A DNA stretch of 64,000 bases, from NCBI RefSeq assembly GCF_009914755.1, contig NC_060925.1; one strand, written 5' to 3'. Of this stretch, positions 26,601 to 40,100 are shown one piece after another. Numbering within the stretch: the first letter of the stretch is position 1; each line of letters begins with the position of its first letter. Source of the stretch: the human T2T-CHM13v2.0 reference genome, Homo sapiens. The position numbers and the translations under genes were made by a program. The notes under the pieces are model-generated. The model did not search any database, was not told the DNA's origin, and was given only the letters and a program-made list of their open reading frames with translations.

Positions 26601-29600
26601 TCATAAACTCCTTTGTGATGTGTGCGTTCAACTCACAGAGTTTAACCTTTCTTTTCATAGAGCAGTTAGGAAACACTCTGTTTGTAAAGTCTGCAAGTGG
26701 ATATTCAGACCTCCTTGAGGCCTTCGTTGGAAACGGGATTTCTTCATATTCTGCTAGACAGAAGAATTCTCAGTAACTTCCTTGTGTTGTGTTTATTCAA
26801 CTCACAGAGTTGAATGATCCTTTACACAGAGCAGACTTGAAACACTCTTTTTGTGGAATTTGCAAGTGGAGATTTCAGCCGCTTTGTGGTCAACGGTAGA
26901 AAAGTAAATATCTTCGTATAAAGACTAGACAGAATGATTCTCAGAAACTCCTTTGTGATGTGTGCGTTCAACTCACAGAGTTTAACCTTTCTGTTCATAG
27001 AGCAGTTAGGAAACACTCTGTTTGTAAAGTCTGCAAGTGGATATTCAGACCTCTTTGAGGCCTTCGTTGGAAACGGGATTTCTTCATATTCTGCTAGACA
27101 GAAGAATTCTCAGTAACTTCCTTGTGTTGTGAGTATTCAACTCACAGAGTTGAACGATCCTTTACACAGAGCAGACTTGAAACACTCTTTTTGTGGAATT
27201 TGCAAGAGGAGATTTCAGCCGCTTTGAGGTCAATAGTAGAAAAGGAAATATCTTCGTAGAAAAACTAGACAGAATGATTCTCAGAAACTCCTTTGTGATG
27301 TGTGTGTTCAACTCACAGAGTTTAACCTTTCTTTTCATAGAGCAGTTAGTAAACACTCTGTTTATAAAGTCTGCAAGTGGATATTCAGACCCCTTTGAGG
27401 CCTTCGTTGGAAACGGGATTTCTTCATATTATGCTAGACAGAAGAATTCTCAGTAACTTCCTTGTGTTGTGTGTATTCAACTGACAGAGTTGAACTTTCA
27501 TTTGGAGAGAGCAGATTTGAAACACTGTTTTTGTGGAATTTGCAAGTGGAGATTTCAAGCGCTTTGGGGCCAAAGGCAGAAAAGGAAATATCTTCGTATA
27601 AAAACTAGACAGAATCATTCTCAGAAACTGCTGCGTGATGTGTGCGTTCAACTCTCAGAGTTTAACCTTTCTTTTCATTCAGCGGTTTGGAAACACTCTG
27701 TTTGTAAAGTCTACACGTGGATATTTTGACCACTTAGAGGCCTTCGTTGGAAACGGGTTTTTTTCATGTAAGGCTAGACAGAAGAATTCCCAGTAACTTC
27801 CTTGTGTTGTGTGCATTCAACTCACAGAGTTGAACGTTCCCTTAGACAGAGCAGATTTGAAACACTCTATTTGTGCAATTTGCAAGTGTAGATTTCAAGC
27901 GCTTTAAGGTCAACGGCAGAAAAGGAAATATCTTCGTTTCAAAACTAGACAGAATCATTCCCACAAACTGCGTTGTGATGTGTTCGTTCAACTCACAGAG
28001 TTTAACCTTTCTGTTCATAGAGCAGTTAGGAAACACTCTGTTTGTAAAGTCTGCAAGTGGATATTCAGATCTCCTTGAGGCCTTCGTTGGAAACGGGATT
28101 TCTTCATATTCTGCTAGACAGAAGAATTCTCAGTAACTTCCTTGTGTTGTGTGTATTCAACTCACAGAGTTGAACGATCCTTTACACAGAGCAGACTTGA
28201 AACACTCTTTTTGTGGAATTTGCAAGTGGAGATTTCAGCCGCTTTGAGGTCAATGGTAGAAAAGGAAATATCTTCGTATAAAGACTAGACAGAATGATTC
28301 TCAGAAACTCCTTTGTGATGTGTGCGTTCAACTCACAGAGTTTAACTTTTCTTTTCATAGAGCAGTTAGGAAACACTCTGTTTGTAAAGTCTGCAAGTGG
28401 ATATTCAGACCTCTTTGAGGCCTTCGTTGGAAACGGGATTTCTTCATATTCTGCTAGACAGAAGAATTCTCAGTAACTTCCTTGTGTTGTGTGTATTCAA
28501 CTCACAGAGTTGAACGATCCTTTACACAGAGCAGACTTGAAACATTCTTTTTCTGGAATTTGCAAGTGGAGATTTCAGCCGCTTTGAGGTCAATGGTAGA
28601 ATAGGAAATATCTTCCTATAGAAACTAGACAGAACGATTCTCAGAAACTCCTTTGTGATGTGTGCGTTCAACTCACAGAGTTTAACCTTTCTTTTCATAG
28701 AGCAGTTAGGAAACACTCTGTTTGTAAAGTCTGCAAGTGGATATTCAGACCTCTTTGAGGCCTTCGTTGGAAACGGGATTTCTTCATATTCTGCTAGACA
28801 GAAGAATTCTCAGTAACTTCCTTGTGTTGTGTGTATTCAACTCACAGAGTTGAACGATCCTTTACACAGAGCAGACTTGAAACACTCTTTTTGTGGAATT
28901 TGCAAGTGGAGATTTCAGCCGCTTTGAGGTCAATAGTAGAAAAGGAAATATCTTCGTAGAAAAACTAGACAGAATGATTCTCAGAAACTCCTTTGTGATG
29001 TGTGTGTTCAACTCACAGAGTTTAACCTTTCTTTTCATAGAGCAGTTAGTAAACACTCTGTTTATAAAGTCTGCAAGTGGATATTCAGACCCCTTTGAGG
29101 CCTTCGTTGGAAACGGGATTTCTTCATATTATGCTAGACAGAAGAATTCTCAGTAACTTCCTTGTGTTGTGTGTATTCAACTGACAGAGTTGAACTTTCA
29201 TTTAGAGAGAGCAGATTTGAAACACTGTTTTTGTGGAATTTGCAAGTGGAGATTTCAAGCGCTTTGGGGCCAAAGGCAGAAAAGGAAATATCTTCGTATA
29301 AAAACTAGACAGAATCATTCTCAGAAACTGCTGCGTGATGTGTGCGTTCAACTCTCAGAGTTTAACTTTTCTTTTCATTCAGCGGTTTGGAAACACTCTG
29401 TTTGTAAAGTCTGCACGTGGAAATTTTGACCACTTAGAGGCCTTCGTTGGAAACGGGTTTTTTTCATGTAAGGCTAGACAGAAGAATTCCCAGTAACTTC
29501 CTTGTGTTGTGTGCATTCAACTCACAGAGTTGAACGTTCCCTTAGACAGAGCAGATTTGAAACACTCTATTTGTGCAATTTGCAAGTGTAGTTTTCAAGC

Positions 29601-32600
29601 TCTTTAAGGTCAATGGCAGAAAAGGAAATATCTTCGTTTCAAAACTAGACAGAATCATTCCCACAAACTGCGTTGTGATGTGTTCGTTCAACTCACAGAG
29701 TTTAACCTTTCTGTTCATAGAGCAGTTAGGAAACACTCTGTTTGTAAAGTCTGTAAGTGGATATTCTGACATCTTGTGGCCTTCGTTGGAAACGGGATTT
29801 CTTCATATTCTGCTAGACAGAAGAATTCTCAGTAACTTCCTTGTGTTGTGTGTATTCAACTCACAGAGTTGAACGATCCTTTACACAGAGCAGACTTGAA
29901 ACACTCTTTTTGTGGAATTTGCAAGTGGAGATTTCAGCCGCTTTGAGGTCAATGGTAGAAAAGGAAACTATCTTCATATAAAGACTAGACAGAATGATTC
30001 TCAGAAAATCTTTTGTGATGTGTGCGTTCAACTCACAGAGTTTAACTTTTCTTCTCATAGAGCAGTTAGGAAACACTCTGTTTGTAAAGTCTGCAAGTGG
30101 ATATTCAGACATCTTTGAGGCCTTCGTTGGAAACGGGATTTCTTCATATTCTGCTAGACAGAAGAATTCTCAGTAACTTCCTTGTGTTGTGTGTATTCAA
30201 CTCACAGAGTTGAAGGATCCTTTACAGAGAGCAGGCTTGAAACACTCTTTTTGTCGAATTTGCAAGTGGAGATTTCAGCCGCTTTGAGGTCAATGGTAGA
30301 ATAGGAAATATCTTCTTATAGAAACTAGACAGAATGATTCTCATAAACTCCTTTGTGATGTGTGCGTTCAACTCACAGAGTTTAACCTTTCTTTTCATAG
30401 AGCAGTTAGGAAACACTCTGTTTGTAAAGTCTGCAAGTGGATATTCAGACCTCCTTGAGGCCTTCGTTGGAAACGGGATTTCTTCATATTCTGCTAGACA
30501 GAAGAATTCTCAGTAACTTCCTTGTGTTGTGTTTATTCAACTCACAGAGTTGAATGATCCTTTACACAGAGCAGACTTGAAACACTCTTTTTGTGGAATT
30601 TGCAAGTGGAGATTTCAGCCGCTTTGTGGTCAACGGTAGAAAAGTAAATATCTTCGTATAAAGACTAGACAGAATGATTCTCAGAAACTCCTTTGTGATG
30701 TGTGCGTTCAACTCACAGAGTTTAACCTTTCTGTTCATAGAGCAGTTAGGAAACACTCTGTTTGTAAAGTCTGCAAGTGGATATTCAGACCTCTTTGAGG
30801 CCTTCGTTGGAAACGGGATTTCTTCATATTCTGCTAGACAGAAGAATTCTCAGTAACTTCCTTGTGTTGTGAGTATTCAACTCACAGAGTTGAACGATCC
30901 TTTACACAGAGCAGACTTGAAACACTCTTTTTGTGGAATTTGCAAGAGGAGATTTCAGCCGCTTTGAGGTCAATAGTAGAAAAGGAAATATCTTCGTAGA
31001 AAAACTAGACAGAATGATTCTCAGAAACTCCTTTGTGATGTGTGTGTTCAACTCACAGAGTTTAACCTTTCTTTTCATAGAGCAGTTAGTAAACACTCTG
31101 TTTATAAAGTCTGCAAGTGGATATTCAGACCCCTTTGAGGCCTTCGTTGGAAACGGGATTTCTTCATATTATGCTAGACAGAAGAATTCTCAGTAACTTC
31201 CTTGTGTTGTGTGTATTCAACTGACAGAGTTGAACTTTCATTTGGAGAGAGCAGATTTGAAACACTGTTTTTGTGGAATTTGCAAGTGGAGATTTCAAGC
31301 GCTTTGGGGCCAAAGGCAGAAAAGGAAATATCTTCGTATAAAAACTAGACAGAATCATTCTCAGAAACTGCTGCGTGATGTGTGCGTTCAACTCTCAGAG
31401 TTTAACCTTTCTTTTCATTCAGCGGTTTGGAAACACTCTGTTTGTAAAGTCTACACGTGGATATTTTGACCACTTAGAGGCCTTCGTTGGAAACGGGTTT
31501 TTTTCATGTAAGGCTAGACAGAAGAATTCCCAGTAACTTCCTTGTGTTGTGTGCATTCAACTCACAGAGTTGAACGTTCCCTTAGACAGAGCAGATTTGA
31601 AACACTCTATTTGTGCAATTTGCAAGTGTAGATTTCAAGCGCTTTAAGGTCAACGGCAGAAAAGGAAATATCTTCGTTTCAAAACTAGACAGAATCATTC
31701 CCACAAACTGCGTTGTGATGTGTTCGTTCAACTCACAGAGTTTAACCTTTCTGTTCATAGAGCAGTTAGGAAACACTCTGTTTGTAAAGTCTGTAAGTGG
31801 ATATTCTGATATCTTGTGGCCTTCGTTGGAAACGGGATTTCTTCATATTCTGCTAGACAGAAGAATTCTCAGTAACTTCCTTGTGTTGTGTGTATTCAAC
31901 TCACAGAGTTGAACGATCCTTTACACAGAGCAGACTTGAAACACTCTTTTTGTGGAATTTGCAAGTGGAGATTTCAGCCGCTTTGAGGTCAATGGTAGAA
32001 AAGGAATCTATCTTCATATAAAGACTAGACAGAATGATTCTCAGAAAATCTTTTGTGATGTGTGCGTTCAACTCACAGAGTTTAACTTTTCTTCTCATAG
32101 AGCAGTTAGGAAACACTCTGTTTGTAAAGTCTGCAAGTGGATATTCAGACCTGTTTGAGGCCTTCGTTGGAAACGGGATTTCTTCATATTATGCTAGACA
32201 GAATAATTCTCAGTAACTTCCTTGTGTTGTGTGTATTCAACTCACAGAGTTGAAGGATCCTTTACAGAGAGCAGGCTTGAAACACTCTTTTTGTCGAATT
32301 TGCAAGTGGAGATTTCAGCCGCTTTGAGGTCAATGGTAGAATAGGAAATATCTTCTTATAGAAACTAGACAAAATGATTCTCATGAACTCCTTTGTGATG
32401 TGTGCGTTCAACTCACAGAGTTTAACCTTTCTTTTCATAGAGCAGTTAGGAAACACTCTGTTTGTAAAGTCTGCAAGTGGATATTCAGACCTCCTTGAGG
32501 CCTTCGTTGGAAACGGGATTTCTTCATATTCTGCTAGACAGAAGAATTCTCAGTAACTTCCTTGTGTTGTGTGTATTCAACTCACAGAGTTGAACGATCC

Positions 32601-34180
32601 TTTACACAGAGCAGACTTGAAACATTCTTTTTGTGGAATTTGCAAGTGGAGATTTAAGCCGCTTTGAGGTCAATGGTAGAATAGGAAATATCTTCCTATA
32701 GAAACTAGACAGAACGATTCTCAGAAACTCCTTTGTGATGTGTGCGTTCAACTCACAGAGTTTAACCTTTCTGTTCATAGAGCAGTTAGGAAACACTCTG
32801 TTTGTAAAGTCTGCAAGTGGATATTCAGACCTCCTTGAGGCCTTCGTTGGAAACGGGATTTCTTCATATTCTGCTAGACAGAAGAATTCTCAGTAACTTC
32901 CTTGTGTTGTGTGTATTCAACTCACAGAGTTGAACGATCCTTTACACAGAGCAGACTTGAAACACTCTTTTTGTGGAATTTGCAAGTGGAGATTTCAGCC
33001 GCTTTGAGGTCAATGGTAGAAAAGGAAATATCTTCGTATAAAGACTAGACAGAATGATTCTCAGAAACTCCTTTGTGATGTGTGCGTTCAACTCACAGAG
33101 TTTAACTTTTCTTTTCATAGAGCAGTTAGGAAACACTCTGTTTGTAAAGTCTGCAAGTGGATATTCAGACCTCTTTGAGGCCTTCGTTGGAAACGGGATT
33201 TCTTCATATTATGCTAGACAGAAGAATTCTCAGTAACTTCCTTGTGTTGTGTGTATTCAACTCACAGAGTTGAACGATCCTTTACACAGAGCAGACTTGA
33301 AACATTCTTTTTGTGGAATTTGCAAGTGGAGATTTCAGCCGCTTTGAGGTCAATGGTAGAATAGGAAATATCTTCCTATAGAAACTAGACAGAACGATTC
33401 TCAGAAACTCCTTTGTGATGTGTGCGTTCAACTCACAGAGTTTAACCTTTCTTTTCATAGAGCAGTTAGGAAACACTCTGTTTGTAAAGTCTGCAAGTGG
33501 ATATTCAGACCTCTTTGAGGCCTTCGTTGGAAACGGGATTTCTTCCTATTCTGCTAGACAGAAGAATTCTCAGTAACTTCCTTGTGTTGTGTGTATTCAA
33601 CTCACAGAGTTGAACGATCCTTTACACAGAGCAGACTTGAAACACTCTTTTTGTGGAATTTGCAAGTGGAGATTTCAGCCGCTTTGAGGTCAATAGTAGA
33701 AAAGTAAATATCTTCGTAGAAAAACTAGACAGAATGATTCTCAGAAACTCCTTTGTGATGTGTGTGTTCAACTCACAGAGTTTAACCTTTCTTTTCATAG
33801 AGCAGTTAGTAAACACTCTGTTTATAAAGTCTGCAAGTGGATATTCAGACCCCTTTGTGGCCTTCGTTGGAAACGGGATTTCTTCATATTATGCTAGACA
33901 GAAGAATTCTCAGTAACTTCCTTGTGTTGTGTGTATTCAACTGACAGAGTTGAACTTTCATTTAGAGAGAGCAGATTTGAAACACTGTTTTTGTGGAATT
34001 TGCAAGTGGAAATTTCAAGCGCTTTGGGGTCAAAGGCAGAAAAGGAAATATCTTCGTATAAAAACTAGACAGAATCATTCTCAGAAACTGCTGCGTGATG
34101 TGTGCGTTCAACTCTCAGAGTTTAACTTTTCTTTTCATTCAGCGGTTTGGAAACACTCTGTTTGTAAAGTCTGCACGTGG
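15330..34180 (+). repeat. Nested macro-duplication: 7,480 bp unit in tandem, second copy with an internal 3,740 bp tandem duplication
   Basis: Private SNVs recur at offsets 7,480, 3,740 and 11,220 (=7,480+3,740); see findings. Confidence 0.8.
22402..25121 (+). repeat. Full 16-monomer HOR copy ABCDEFGH (2,720 bp)
   Basis: All eight dimer types in order; shares private SNVs with the 14922 copy. Confidence 0.9.
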
Positions 34181-37100
34181 ATATTTTGACCACTTAGAGG
34201 CCTTCGTTGGAAACGGGTTTTTTTTCATGTAAGGCTAGACAGAAGAATTCCCAGTAACTTCCTTGTGTTGTGTGCATTCAACTCACAGAGTTGAACGTTC
34301 CCTTAGACAGAGCAGATTTGAAACACTCTATTTGTGCAATTTGCAAGTGTAGATTTCAAGCGCTTTAAGGTCAACGGCAGAAAAGGAAATATCTTCGTTT
34401 CAAAACTAGACAGAATCATTCCCACAAACTGCGTTGTGATGTGTTCGTTCAACTCACAGAGTTTAACCTTTCTGTTCATAGAGCAGTTAGGAAACACTGT
34501 GTTTGTAAAGTCTGTAAGTGGATATTCAGACCTCCTTGAGGCCTTCGTTGGAAACGGGATTTCTTCATATTCTGCTAGACAGAAGAATTCTCAGTAACTT
34601 CCTTGTGTTGTGTTTATTCAACTCACAGAGTTGAATGATCCTTTACACAGAGCATACTTGAAACACTCTTTTTGTGGAATTTGCAAGTGGAGATTTCAGC
34701 CGCTTTGAGGTCAATGGTAGAAAAGTAAATATCTTCGTATAAAGACTAGACAGAATGATTCTCAGAAACTCCTTTGTGATGTGTGCGTTCAACTCACAGA
34801 GTTTAACCTTTCTGTTCATAGAGCAGTTAGGAAACACTCTGTTTGTAAAGTCTGCAAGTGGATATTCAGACCTCCTTGAGGCCTTCGTTGGAAACGGGAT
34901 TTCTTCATATTCTGCTAGACAGAAGAATTCTCAGTAACTTCCTTGTGTTGTGTGTATTCAACTCACAGAGTTGAACGATCCTTTACACAGAGCAGACTTG
35001 AAACACTCTTTTTGTGGAATTTGCAAGTGGAGATTTCAGCCGCTTTGAGGTCAATAGTAGAAAAGGAAATATCTTCGTAGAAAAACTAGACAGAATGATT
35101 CTCAGAAACTCCTTTGTGATGTGTGTGTTCAACTCACAGAGTTTAACCTTTCTTTTCATAGAGCAGTTAGTAAACACTCTGTTTATAAAGTCTGCAAGTG
35201 GATATTCAGACCCCTTTGAGGCCTTCGTTGGAAACGGGATTTCTTCATATTATGCTAGACAGAAGAATTCTCAGTAACTTCCTTGTGTTGTGTGTATTCA
35301 ACTGACAGTGTTGAACTTTCATTTAGAGAGAGCAGATTTGAAACACTGTTTTTGTGGAATTTGCAAGTGGAGATTTCAAGCGCTTTGGGGCCAAAGGCAG
35401 AAAAGGAAATATCTTCGTATAAAAACTAGACAGAATCATTCTCAGAAACTGCTGCGTGATGTGTGCGTTCAACTCTCAGAGTTTAACTTTTCTTTTCATT
35501 CAGCGGTTTGGAAACACTCTGTTTGTAAAGTCTGCACGTGGATATTTTGACCACTTAGAGGCCTTCGTTGGAAACGGGTTTTTTTCATGTAAGGCTAGAC
35601 AGAAGAATTCCCAGTAACTTCCTTGTGTTGTGTGCATTCAACTCACAGAGTTGAATGTTCCCTTAGACAGAGCAGATTTGAAACACTCTATTTGTGCAAT
35701 TTCCAAGTGTAGATTTCAAGCGCTTTAAGGTCAACGGCAGAAAAGGAAATATCTTCGTTTCAAAACTAGACAGAATCATTCCCACAAACTGCGTTGTGAT
35801 GTGTTCGTTCAACTCACAGAGTTTAACCTTTCTGTTCATAGAGCAGTTAGGAAACACTCTGTTTGTAAAGTCTGTAAGTGGATATTCGGACATCTTGTGG
35901 CCTTCGTTGGAAACGGGATTTCTTCATATTCTGCTAGACAGAAGAATTCTCAGTAACTTCCTTGTGTTGTGTGTATTCAACTCACAGAGTTGAACGATCC
36001 TTTACACAGAGCAGACTTGAAACACTCTTTTTGTGGAATTTGCAAGTGGAGATTTCAGCCGCTTTGAGGTCAATGGTAGAAAAGGAAATATCTTCGTATA
36101 AAGACTAGACAGAATGATTCTCAGAAACTCCTTTGTGATGTGTGCGTTCAACTCACAGAGTTTAACTTTTCTTTTCATAGAGCAGTTAGGAAACACTCTG
36201 TTTGTAAAGTCTGCAAGTGGATATTCAGACCTCTTTGAGGCCTTCGTTGGAAACGGGATTTCTTCATATTCTGCTAGACAGAAGAATTCTCAGTAACTTC
36301 CTTGTGTTGTGTGTATTCATCTCACAGAGTTGAACGATCCTTTACACAGAGCAGACTTGAAACATTCTTTTTCTGGAATTTGCAAGTGGAGATTTCAGCC
36401 GCTTTGAGGTCAATGGTAGAATAGGAAATATCTTCCTATAGAAACTAGACAGAACGATTCTCAGAAACTCCTTTGTGATGAGTGCGTTCAACTCACAGAG
36501 TTTAACCTTTCTTTTCATAGAGCAGTTAGGAAACACTCTGTTTGTAAAGTCTGCAAGTGGATATTCAGACCTCTTTGAGGCCTTCGTTGGAAACGGGATT
36601 TCTTCATATTCTGCTAGACAGAAGAATTCTCAGTAACTTCCTTGTGTTGTGTGTATTCAACTCACAGAGTTGAACGATCCTTTACACAGAGCAGACTTGA
36701 AACACTCTTTTTGTGGAATTTGCAAGTGGAGATTTCAGCCGCTTTGAGGTCAATAGTAGAAAAGGAAATATCTTCGTAGAAAAACTAGACAGAATGATTC
36801 TCAGAAACTCCTTTGTGATGTGTGTGTTCAACTCACAGAGTTTAACCTTTCTTTTCATAGAGCAGTTAGTAAACACTCTGTTTATAAAGTCTGCAAGTGG
36901 ATATTCAGACCCCTTTGAGGCCTTCGTTGGAAACGGGATTTCTTCATATTATGCTAGACAGAAGAATTCTCAGTAACTTCCTTGTGTTGTGTGTATTCAA
37001 CTGACAGAGTTGAACTTTCATTTAGAGAGAGCAGATTTGAAACACTGTTTTTGTGGAATTTGCAAGTGGAGATTTCAAGCGCTTTGGGGCCAAAGGCAGA

Positions 37101-40100
37101 AAAGGAAATATCTTCGTATAAAAACTAGACAGAATCATTCTCAGAAACTGCTGCGTGATGTGTGCGTTCAACTCTCAGAGTTTAACTTTTCTTTTCATTC
37201 AGCGGTTTGGAAACACTCTGTTTGTAAAGTCTGCACGTGGAAATTTTGACCACTTAGAGGCCTTCGTTGGAAACGGGTTTTTTTCATGTAAGGCTAGACA
37301 GAAGAATTCCCAGTAACTTCCTTGTGTTGTGTGCATTCAACTCACAGAGTTGAACGTTCCCTTAGACAGAGCAGATTTGAAACACTCTATTTGTGCAATT
37401 TGCAAGTGTAGTTTTCAAGCTCTTTAAGGTCAATGGCAGAAAAGGAAATATCTTCGTTTCAAAACTAGACAGAATCATTCCCACAAACTGCGTTGTGATG
37501 TGTTCGTTCAACTCACAGAGTTTAACCTTTCTGTTCATAGAGCAGTTAGGAAACACTCTGTTTGTAAAGTCTGTAAGTGGATATTCTGACATCTTGTGGC
37601 CTTCGTTGGAAACGGGATTTCTTCATATTCTGCTAGACAGAAGAATTCTCAGTAACTTCCTTGTGTTGTGTGTATTCAACTCACAGAGTTGAACGATCCT
37701 TTACACAGAGCAGACTTGAAACACTCTTTTTGTGGAATTTGCAAGTGGAGATTTCAGCCGCTTTGAGGTCAATGGTAGAAAAGGAAACTATCTTCATATA
37801 AAGACTAGACAGAATGATTCTCAGAAAATCTTTTGTGATGTGTGCGTTCAACTCACAGAGTTTAACTTTTCTTCTCATAGAGCAGTTAGGAAACACTCTG
37901 TTTGTAAAGTCTGCAAGTGGATATTCAGACATCTTTGAGGCCTTCGTTGGAAACGGGATTTCTTCATATTCTGCTAGACAGAAGAATTCTCAGTAACTTC
38001 CTTGTGTTGTGTGTATTCAACTCACAGAGTTGAAGGATCCTTTACAGAGAGCAGGCTTGAAACACTCTTTTTGTCGAATTTGCAAGTGGAGATTTCAGCC
38101 GCTTTGAGGTCAATGGTAGAATAGGAAATATCTTCTTATAGAAACTAGACAGAATGATTCTCATAAACTCCTTTGTGATGTGTGCGTTCAACTCACAGAG
38201 TTTAACCTTTCTTTTCATAGAGCAGTTAGGAAACACTCTGTTTGTAAAGTCTGCAAGTGGATATTCAGACCTCCTTGAGGCCTTCGTTGGAAACGGGATT
38301 TCTTCATATTCTGCTAGACAGAAGAATTCTCAGTAACTTCCTTGTGTTGTGTTTATTCAACTCACAGAGTTGAATGATCCTTTACACAGAGCAGACTTGA
38401 AACACTCTTTTTGTGGAATTTGCAAGTGGAGATTTCAGCCGCTTTGAGGTCAACGGTAGAAAAGTAAATATCTTCGTATAAAGACTAGACAGAATGATTC
38501 TCAGAAACTCCTTTGTGATGTGTGCGTTCAACTCACAGAGTTTAACCTTTCTGTTCATAGAGCAGTTAGGAAACACTCTGTTTGTAAAGTCTGCAAGTGG
38601 ATATTCAGACCTCTTTGAGGCCTTCGTTGGAAACGGGATTTCTTCATATTATGCTAGACAGAAGAATTCTCAGTAACTTCCTTGTGTTGTGTGTATTCAA
38701 CTCACAGAGTTGAACGATCCTTTACACAGAGCAGACTTGAAACATTCTTTTTGTGGAATTTGCAAGTGGAGATTTCAGCCGCTTTGAGGTCAATGGTAGA
38801 ATAGGAAATATCTTCCTATAGAAACTAGACAGAACGATTCTCAGAAACTCCTTTGTGATGTGTGCGTTCAACTCACAGAGTTTAACCTTTCTGTTCATAG
38901 AGCAGTTAGGAAACACTCTGTTTGTAAAGTCTGCAAGTGGATATTCAGACCTCTTTGAGGCCTTCGTTGGAAACGGGATTTCTTCATATTCTGCTAGACA
39001 GAAGAATTCTCAGTAACTTCCTTGTGTTGTGTGTATTCAACTCACAGAGTTGAACGATCCTTTACACAGAGCAGACTTGAAACACTCTTTTTGTGGAATT
39101 TGCAAGTGGAGATTTCAGCCGCTTTGAGGTCAATAGTAGAAAAGGAAATATCTTCGTAGAAAAACTAGACAGAATGATTCTCAGAAACTCCTTTGTGATG
39201 TGTGTGTTCAACTCACAGAGTTTAACCTTTCTTTTCATAGAGCAGTTAGTAAACACTCTGTTTATAAAGTCTGCAAGTGGATATTCAGACCCCTTTGAGG
39301 CCTTCGTTGGAAACGGGATTTCTTCATATTATGCTAGACAGAAGAATTCTCAGTAACTTCCTTGTGTTGTGTGTATTCAACTGACAGAGTTGAACTTTCA
39401 TTTAGAGAGAGCAGATTTGAAACACTGTTTTTGTGGAATTTGCAATTGGAGATTTCAAGCGCTTTGGGGCCAAAGGCAGAAAAGGAAATATCTTCGTATA
39501 AAAACTAGACAGAATCATTCTCAGAAACTCCTTTGTGATGTGTGCGTTCAACTCTCAGAGTTTAACTTTTCTTTTCATTCAGCGGTTTGGAAACACTCTG
39601 TTTGTAAAGTCTGCACGTGGATATTTTGACCACTTAGAGGCCTTCGTTGGAAACGGGTTTTTTTCATGTAAGGCTAGACAGAAGAATTCCCAGTAACTTC
39701 CTTGTGTTGTGTGCATTCAACTCACAGAGTTGAACGTTCCCTTAGACAGAGCAGATTTGAAACACTCTATTTGTGCAATTTGCAAGTGTAGATTTCAAGC
39801 GCTTTAAGGTCAATGGCAGAAAAGGAAATATCTTCGTTTCAAAACTAGACAGAATCATTCCCACAAACTGCGTTGTGATGTGTTCGTTCAACTCACAGAG
39901 TTTAACCTTTCTGTTCATAGAGCAGTTAGGAAACACTCTGTTTGTAAAGTCTGCAAGTGGATATTCAGACCTCTTTGAGGCCTTCGTTGGAAACGGGATT
40001 TCTTCATATTCTGCTAGACAGAAGAATTCTCAGTAACTTCCTTGTGTTGTGTGTATTCAACTCACAGAGTTGAACGATCCTTTACACAGAGCAGACTTGA

